Below, in pieces: positions 1 through 9,249 of a stretch of DNA of 64,000 nucleotides. Origin of the DNA: Octopus vulgaris (Eukaryota); assembly GCA_951406725.2 (NCBI GenBank), contig OX597818.1, forward strand, positions 109,554,001 through 109,618,000, given 5' to 3'. The notes below the pieces were generated by a model, which was given only the letters and a program-made list of their open reading frames with translations, was not told where the DNA came from and did no database searches. The stretch's first letter is position 1. Every line of letters starts with the position of its first letter. The position numbers were made by a program, and so were the translations under genes.

Positions 1-98
1 GAAAGTATTTCCAGTTTTTAATGTTCTTTGCTTAAAATATTTTTAACAATAAGGCGCTAACATACATAATATGCACCTTGAATTTGGGGCCTCAATTG

Positions 99-418
99 AT
101 GCCAACCACTCCAAGAGTGTAATCGGTGCTTTTACGAGCCACCAGCACGGGTGCCATTTGCGTGACACCAGTATCTGATTACGAGATAGAAAGAAGGTGG
201 AATGTTAATCAGTGCCAAACTTAGAGCCGTTATACTTACTTTTGTTTTCCTCGCATTGCAACAAATCCGGGTTGATGACGGTCGGGACATAAGCGGCAGA
301 TGTCAGAATGCCATTTCTCGATTGTGTAACAACGAGATTCACCACTGCACTGACACAAGGATAAGAAACCAGATTCAACTCGGATTTCTCAATGTTGTTG
401 TTATGTATTAACTTCACC
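99..418 (-). pseudogene. Inverted duplicate of TM7SF3 exon B plus 141 nt of downstream intron (copy of 3778-4097)
   Basis: Reverse complement aligns ungapped to 3778-4097 with 7 mismatches in 320 bp; the acceptor AG is not copied. Confidence 0.93.
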
Positions 419-529
419 GTAGTTATTTTTGTTGTTGTTGTTGTTTACTTTGTAAAACAGTAAGGTGAGAGGGTTACAAGCACATCACCCTCTACGCACA
501 TTTTTCCCATCCACATCTTTACCATATCA

Positions 530-946
530 TCATCATTGTTCCACCGTGGTCGAGACAATGGAATTTACTAAGTTACGCCAGACTTCACGGTCCATCATAG
601 CATTACGGAGGTCCTGTTGCTGGATGCCTGTATCCCTGGAGATTACATCAGGGTAGGAGAGTGTGCGCCCTCTAGTATCGCGAGCAGATGGCTTCCAGAA
701 GAGAAGAGTAGAAATTACTTCGTCTTCAGCTCTACAACAATGTCCAGCAAACTGGATTCTTCTACCTTTCACAAGAGATGTTACAGGTGGTAATTTCCCA
801 TATATTTGTACTTTGGTTGGATGATGCTTCCACGAGAGATTTTGAGCTCTCATAAGGAGGCGAGTGTAGGTTCCATCCAACCACCTCTCAAGCTGCTTTG
901 ATAACGTCCAGGTTTCAGAGCCATAAGGGGCCCTAACAAAATCCAA
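530..946 (-). mobile_element. 3' fragment of RTE-type LINE (ORF2 C-terminus)
   Basis: YGSETWTL...LDGTYTRLL...FAGHC...DREVWR motifs, ending in a (TGA)n-type tail; a short matching copy lies at about 22520-22640. Confidence 0.8.
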
Positions 947-1749
947 TAATAGTTATAGAACAAATCTATCTAATTACTTGTCTCCTTCTAAAATCAGGCA
1001 TAATTTAGCAATTGATTGACTAACAACACCATTCTTCATCTTGAGTTTACCTGGTAGAATGTGTTTGTTAACTTGACAAGGTCGAGGTGAGCTCTGATTG
1101 GCTGTATGCAAATGAGTTCATTACTGGGGTCCAGAACTCTCGTGCGAAAAGATAACATTTTGCGAGCTGGCCAGCTTTAGTTTTATTGTTGGTGTTGGAG
1201 GACATAAACCTCATCAATGGATGGTCTCAGTTGTGATCTATGCAATTCAGTGGATGCTTCCTCAATGATGACAACCTTTGCAACAACAGTAAAAGGGGGA
1301 AAAAATTAAGACAAAACAAATTGCTGATTAGTCCAAGTCATCTCTGACTTTGCTAGAAATAGCAGTCATAACTTCCTTAGATTGAATTTTACTGTCTTAT
1401 AAAGAAGATACGTAAGTACATGTTTTTTCAGATAAGTCACAGACATTCACAATTGTAAGATTGATTCCTGGTGGCCCCTTGTGTCCTTGGGCAAGATACT
1501 TTAATTTCATGTTACTCCAGTCAGATCCGTTGATAGATATGAGGAGTAGCTGTATGTCAAAGGGCCAGCCTTTGACATCACATTCTGCGTCACACTGAAA
1601 TCTTCCTGAGAACTACATTAAGGATAAGCTTGTCTGTGGAGTACTCAGCCACATGCATGTTAATTTCACAAGCAGGCTGTTTCTTTGATTGGATCAACTT
1701 GAACAATCATTGTCATAACCAACAGAGTAGCAATAAAGAAATGCATCTA

Positions 1750-2355
1750 TTGCCAGTTCCACCTGACTGGCCCCTATGCCGGTGGCACATAAAAAGCACC
1801 ATTCGAGTGTGGTTGATGCCAGTACGGCCAGACTAACCCCCGTGCTGGTGGCCCATAAAAAGCACCCACTACACTCTCAGAGTGGTTTGCATTAGGAAGG
1901 GCATCCAGCTGTAGAAACACAGCCAGATAAGATTGGAGCCTGGTGCAGCCTCCTGGCTTGCCAGTCCTCAATCAAATCATCCAACCCATGCCAGCATAGA
2001 AAGCAGACGTTAAACGATGATGGTGATGATGATGTTGGTATTTGGCTTTTGAAGTCATGTACATGTCTGCCGGTGGCACATAAAAAGCACCCACTACACT
2101 CTCGGAGTGGTTGGCGTTAGGAAGGGCATCCAGCTGTAGAAACTTTGCCAGATCAGATTGTGGTCCTCAGTGTGGTCGATGCCAGTACGGCCAGACTAAC
2201 CCCCGTGCTGGTGGCCCATAAAAAGCACCCACTACACTCTCAGAGTGGTTTGCATTAGGAAGGGCATCCAGCTGTCCTCAGTCAAAATCGTCCAACCCAT
2301 GCCAGCATGGAAAGCGGACGTTAAACGATGATGATGATGATGATGATGATGATGA
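1750..2355 (+). mobile_element. Two tandem SINE copies of the (GAT)n-tailed family
   Basis: Recurrent core aaaaagcacccactacactc...ggaagggcatccagctgtagaaac...ggacgttaaacgatgatgat, seen more than 20 times in the window. Confidence 0.85.
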
Positions 2356-2476
2356 TATCAAAGTACTATCAAACTTTGCACATTCTTCTGTAACATCTAC
2401 CATGTTAAGCCCCTAAATGACAGCGTGCTAGTTATTGTTAGTTAATCTTATTCTCTCTGTTATATTCTTTCTGCAG

Positions 2477-2760
2477 ATCCCTTACCTGGAGGTTGTAATC
2501 AAGAATTCAACTTGGAAAACGATGCAAATATCAAAGTGAGATATCCCAAGTTACTGACAAATGTGGACTTCCAGTGGTCAAACGGTGGCTTCTCCCGATT
2601 AATGCTGCCACCAAGCTGTGAAGATGTAGTAATGCAAACAAGCCTGCATTACCATGTTTTCGTCTATTTTATGAATGAAGTTCAAACAGATGACATGTCT
2701 GCCCTGCAAGCTGTTAAGAAAATGCTTTCGGTTGATGATATTCTCGAAACTGGAAGATAT
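2477..2760 (+). CDS. TM7SF3: TM7SF3 exon A (PLPGGCNQEF...ILETGRY)
   Basis: ctgcag|atccc acceptor; gatat|gtaagt donor. Confidence 0.92.
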
Positions 2761-3494
2761 GTAAGTAGTTTTTATATTTTATTTCTTTCCAGCAAATTTT
2801 ATAATTGTTTGTTACATGCGGTATCCATTATAAGCTATCATTGCTGGAGAAAGATGTAAGATTTCAGATATCAAAATCTATAGAACAAGGGATAAAATGC
2901 CTTTTTATATTTACTCATGTACTAAGGTACGGGATCAATTCAAAGCATTGGAAAAAAAAAAAATAAGCATAACATTTAACAGAGTAATATAAATGCTCAA
3001 ATGTTAATGACAATTGGTGATTAAAGCAGTCTGAATAAATTATTGATAGAGATATGAAAGGATTGTTTTACAAAGAAAGAAAAAAAAAAGTGGAATAGAC
3101 AGGACAAGATCAGAGAGAAGGGGAGAGAGATGCCACAGAATACGTGACAGAAGAACTCAGGCAAATAAACAATAGCTAATAATAATAATAATAATGGTTT
3201 CAAAGTTTGGCACTAGGCCAGCAATTTTGAGGTGGGGAGGGGATAAAATGATTAAATTCACTCCAGTATTCAGCCGGTACTTATTTTATTGACTCCAAGA
3301 GGATGAAAGGCAAAGTCAACCCCAGTGGGATTTGAACTCAGAATATGATGATGAATGAAATGTGATTAACAATTTTGACAGCTCAATGCCTCCAATAAGT
3401 AATAATAAGTAATAATAATAATGATGATAATGATAATAATAATGATAATGATAATATAATAATAATGATAATAATGATGATAATAATAATAATG

Positions 3495-3537
<43 letters not shown>

Positions 3538-3581
3538 TAATAATAATGATAATAATAATAATAATAATGATAATAATAATG

Positions 3582-3613
<32 letters not shown>

Positions 3614-6600
3614 AATAATAATGATAATAATAATGATGATGATAATAATAATAATAATAATGATAATAATAATAATAATAAAGTAAGGATCAAATAAATA
3701 ATGCATGCATTTATTGGCAAAATGACCCTCCCCAAATAAAACAAAGAATTATATCTGTTTTGTTATGTATGATTGCAGGTGAAGTTAATACATAACAACA
3801 ACATTGAGAAATCCGATTTGAATCTGGTTTCTTATCCTTGTGTCAGTGCAGTGGTGAATCTCGTTGTTACACAATCGAGAAATGACATTCTGACATCTGC
3901 CGCTTATGTCCCGACCGTCATCAACCCGGATTTGTTGCAATGCGAGGAAAACAAAAGTAAGTACAACAGCTCTAAGTTTGGCACTGATTAACATTCCACC
4001 TTCTTTCTATCTCGTAATCAGATACTGGTGTCACGCAAATGGCACCCATGCTGGTGGCACATAAAAGCACCGATTACACTCTTGGAGTGGTTGGCATTAG
4101 GGAGGGCATCCAGCCATAGAAACCATGCTAAATCAAACAGGAGTCTGGTGCAGCCTTCCAGCTTGCCAGCCCTGGTCAAACTGTCCAACTCATGCCAGCA
4201 TGGACAATGGACATTAAATGATGATAATAATGATGACGACGGCGGGATCTCTCTTTTTCTTGCCACCCTTATTGTGTTTCATGTACCCTGCACAAATCAC
4301 ATCACCCAGTCCTTCTTTCTTATTGTTACAATCTTCTGGAGTTCCATCCCACCATTTCTTTTCTGGCAACTGTCCAACTGCTGGTAAAGCGAACATCGAC
4401 AACATCGATCTCAATACTCTGAGAAAACCTACAAACATCATTTGCATTGCCTTTCCACTCCCATCATTAACAGATTTGTTGTTGTGGACACTTATATCTT
4501 GACACACACACATTTTCATGTGTATCTGAGTAGGCAGAAAGGCAAACGGTCAAGATAGTGAATACTAGTGAAATAGTTATTAGTTCTTTTATATCTTATT
4601 GAAACTGTTATTTAGTGTCTCTGACAAATGACAGCCATCTACCACGAAACAGCTGTTAGCATGATTGATGACCGTGTTGTATCATCAATTTATATGGGAA
4701 TGAGACTGTTGTGTGACTGGCCATTGTAGTTTTTAGAATAATGTAAGGTGTGCTGGTGCCACATAAAAAGCTCCTGTGCTGGTGTCACATATAATGCGCT
4801 GGTGCTGGTGCCATGTAAAAAGCACCCTGTCCACTCTGTAAAGTGGTTGGTGTTAGAAAGGGCATTCAGCTGTAGAAACCATGCCAAAACAGACAATTGG
4901 AGACTGATGCAGTTCCCAGCCTTAGTAGCACCTGTCAAACCACCTCAGCTCATGCCAGCATGGAAAATGGATGTTAATTGATGATGATGATGATGTCAGT
5001 TGTCAAATATCAAACTGCTTATAATGTTCCCCAATTCATCATCATCATCATTTAACGTCCATTGTCTATGCTGGCATGGGTTGGACAAATTCTCTCCTTT
5101 ATTTCAGATTTGGTATTTACTCTTTGAAACAAGAAAAAATATATCTTATTTCTTAATTGTTTTATTATTTCAGATGACGCCTTAACCATTATAATTTCCT
5201 GTTTTACCATCCTCCTAGGATTCCTGTTGTGTTTCTTTGGACACAGGTATTTTAAAACAGGTATGTTTTCATTTATTGCCTCTTATTGTTATGCAATATT
5301 GTGCTGGTTCCTCATAAAAAGCACCTGTGCTGGTGCCATGTAAAAAAAAAAAGACACCCAATACACCCTGTAGGGTGGTTGGCATTGGGAAGGGCATCTA
5401 ACCATAGAAACCATGCCAAAACAGACAAATGAAGCCTGGTACAGCTCCTATGAAACCATCCAATCCATACCAACATGAAAAATGGATGATGATGATGACG
5501 ACGACGATTGTCATGCAGTATAAATCACAATAATACGTCCTCTTTTAGAATTAGTTTTTGTATTTATATGCCTAAAAAATACTAATTAAAAAATTTAATT
5601 ATTTTATGTTACACAGGTGAACGCATGTCTAAGCGGTAATAAGTTTGCTTCTTAACTACAGGGTTCTGGGTTCAGTTCCACTACACGGCACGTCAAGGAA
5701 GTGTCTCCTGTTATAGCCTCAGGCCACCCAAACTCTTGTGAGCGGATAAAGATGAATGCATATCCTTACTGATGTGCCTTGAATCTGCCTTTTGTAGATC
5801 TCTCTAATTCACTGGCATGTGTTTATTTCTGGTCTTGTGGCATTAAGCATGTAGGGGACAGCAAATATTTCTCCTGGATAAGATGCCAAGGCTTTTTCAC
5901 CTACCAAACTGGAATTTAATCCATACTGAATGTACCATTTGGTTTGGGCTGAATGTGCCATTTGGTTTGGGACATACAACCCATCGCCCTCTCCTTGCTC
6001 CCATCTTCTGATGCTTAATTCCCACTCCACCAGTTTTCCTTTTTCTTTGTTTCCATGGTGAGGTAGTTAGAAGTTTTTTTTTCTTGCTAATTTGATCTTT
6101 TATGCTTTTAATGTTTTTTCCTTTCTTTTCCTCCTGTAAAAATATATTGTTAATAAAATGGGTTTTTTTATTATAAATTTAATAGTAAAAAAAAATGAAA
6201 CAAAATAATGATAAAAAAACGGACTAAAATATTGGTCTGGATGTAACTGACAATATCCGTTCCACCATACAGCTTGTATTAGAAATAATCATCTTTATTA
6301 TTATTATTATTATTGCCTTTGCACAGCTTCTAAAGCTAAAGATGTACTACAGTGTCAGCTGTTTACTACCAGTGAACTAAGGTAACACCTCTTATTTTTC
6401 GAGCACCTTCCGGAGTATTCGAGTGGTTCCAAGTACTTCTCAAGATTTTTACTCACTGTTTCCAGGGCTCCGACAAATATTGGTACTACTGCTACCTTTT
6501 TCATCAACCACAACCTCTTAACTTCCCAAGCTAACCAGTCATATCTCTCGACTTTTCTTTCTTCCTTATTGCATACCTTGTTGTCAGCTGGGCATGCTAT

Positions 6601-7664
6601 ATTTATGATCCATATTATTATTATTATTATTGGTAGTAGTATTTATGTTTGTTATTTTGTTATTTTCAGAATTGTTTATATTTGGAGCGATTGCTGGTTT
6701 CCTTATAGCACACATCACAGTCAGCGCTCTTTGGACACATTCCTTGACAGGTAAAAAACTGCATATTAATGAAAAATAGTCGTTGGTCCTCCTCACCCTC
6801 ATCACCCTTCCCCTCCTCTACCTTCTCCCCCTTCCTCCTCCTAATGACATATATCTCTGAAATATCTTTGTTATGCCTTGTTTTTCCAGTTGTGCTAAGT
6901 ACTGACATCATCTCAGCCTTCGTCGCCGGTGTGCTGTGGCTGCTGGTCTGGACCAGTCTTGGAATTCCTGTCATATCCGTGCTTATGGTCAGTCTGGTGG
7001 CTGGCTATCTTGTGAGCTGCATACTTTTCTTCACACCATTTGGTAAGTGGATATTTCAAAAAATGTTTTCAACCTTTACATTGGAAAATATTTATTAGTG
7101 TTTTCCTCAGTAGCAGAAATGGTAGAATGACAAAACCATACGATTCCATATTTTGTTACATCATGGCAGTAAGCTGGCAGAATTGTTAAGAGTGCTGGGC
7201 AAATTGCTTAGCAGCAGTTTGTCTGTCTTTATGTTCTGAGTTCAAATTCTGCCACGGTCAGCTTTGCCTTTTGTCCTTTCAGGGTTGATAAAATTAATAC
7301 CAGATGAATATGGGGGGGGGGTCAATGTAATTGACTTACCTCCCTTCCCCCTGAAATTACTGGCTTTCTGTCAAAATTTGAAGCCAGCATTAACTTTGAT
7401 GTTAAGGCATTGAGCTGGTAGAATCCTTTTGGACACTTTGCAACAAATATGGACTTGACAGTGCAAAAAAGTGGTACGAACATAAACCCAAAGGCATCAT
7501 CATTCAGTGCGACCATAAGATAGAGAATAGGAAGCCATTCTTCTGAGGTTGGCTTTGCCTTTCTTCCTTTCAGGGTTGATTAAATAAGGATCAGTTATGC
7601 ACTGGGACTGATGTAATTGACTTAATCCCTTCCCCCAAATTTAAGGCTTTGTGCTTCCAGTAGA

Positions 7665-7754
<90 letters not shown>

Positions 7755-9218
7755 CTCATGTTTCCAATGTCTTTTGTCTCCAGGTAATTTGAAATACTGG
7801 GAAAATGATTTCAACTATGGCATGACTTTCGCTTCTGGAACCATGTTGCTTCCTGTTGTATTTTTGGCCTACACAAAATTGGTAAGTAAAATAAGGAATC
7901 ACAAATGAGATGATTGCAAGTATCATGCTTTAGATTCTTTAAATATTTTCATATTTTATCGTTACATATAAATAAATTTTTCATTCTTGTAAATAACTAG
8001 TTAGGTTCTGTATTTAAACCCTGCCAAGGTAAACTTTGCTCTCACTCTTCCAAGGTTGATAATAACCGTTTCAGTTCTGAGGTTGATTTAATCAAAGAAT
8101 CCCTTCCTCCAAAGTTCTAGCCCAAATTCTAAATTCTAATTATCTTTTATCTCTTACCTGTTTCAGTCGTTGGACTGAGTCCATCATGGGGCACTGCCTT
8201 AAAGAATTTTTAAGTGAAATGAATCGACCCCAGCACTGTTTTTTAAGTGTGGTACTTGTTTTATTGGTCTCTTTCGTAAGAACCACTAAATTATGGGGAT
8301 GTAGACGAAAAAACACTGGTGGTTAAGCGGTGGTGGGAGACAAACAAAAACACACATACACATATGTATGCATATATATATATATATATCTCTCTATATA
8401 AACGGCAGTTTGTCTGTGCGTTTTCTGTGTGTCTGTTTGCTTGTACCCTCACCCTGACCACGGCTTTCAACCGATTCTGATGAAACTTGACACACACATA
8501 GCCCAATGTCATAATTCAAAACTAACGCAGCGAAAATTTTGAAAAGTTCCCCCAGTTCTGAAAAAAATCGATAAATTCGACATGGGGTCGAGAATCAGAA
8601 ACACAAACCGCAAACTGTCTAGGGGACGCAACTCCACCTTTTTTAACTAAAAAAAAAATTTACCATCATTTTTTGCTATTTTTTGGCTATAACTCTCTAA
8701 AAATGCTTTATAGTTATTTCCCTTACAAACCTGAGCAACGCCGGGCGATACTGCTAGTATATATATAAACATAATAAATAACATTAGGGCAATAAGAATT
8801 ATATAAATAATTTATATAATTCTTATTACCCTAATGTTATTTATTATGTTTAAATATTCTTTGATAAATTTGTTTGAAATTTTACCGGCATTCCCTCTGT
8901 CGCCGTATATAATCTGCATCTGCGCAGTGGTTTGAAAAGTTAGGATATACATATAGCTAGTTTACATGTGGATCTAGTCGTGTGTATATTTGAATTCTAA
9001 AGGCTTCCTACTGATGAAAACTAGCCTCAGTAAATATTTTTTTACTAGAATTAGTTAGAAACCATGGTCTAGGAACTAAATAAGATGGTAAACGTTTTTA
9101 ATTTTCATTCCTTTCGAGAATTTATCCCTAATTAGTGGTTTGAGTTTTCTACTGCTCTTTCTAGCACAAGGCTTTCCTATTTGGAAGCCTCTTGATGTGT
9201 TTTAATGTACACGATATT

Positions 9219-9249
<31 letters not shown>

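Noticed and set aside
205-417. ORF nearly identical to ORF 3773-3991, read as a separate paralogous gene
   Set aside because: No acceptor AG or ATG and no other duplicated exons; it includes intron and SINE sequence, so it is a non-coding inverted duplication.
3316-3744. Poly-Leu / poly-Ile ORFs
   Set aside because: Translations of the (AAT)n microsatellite.
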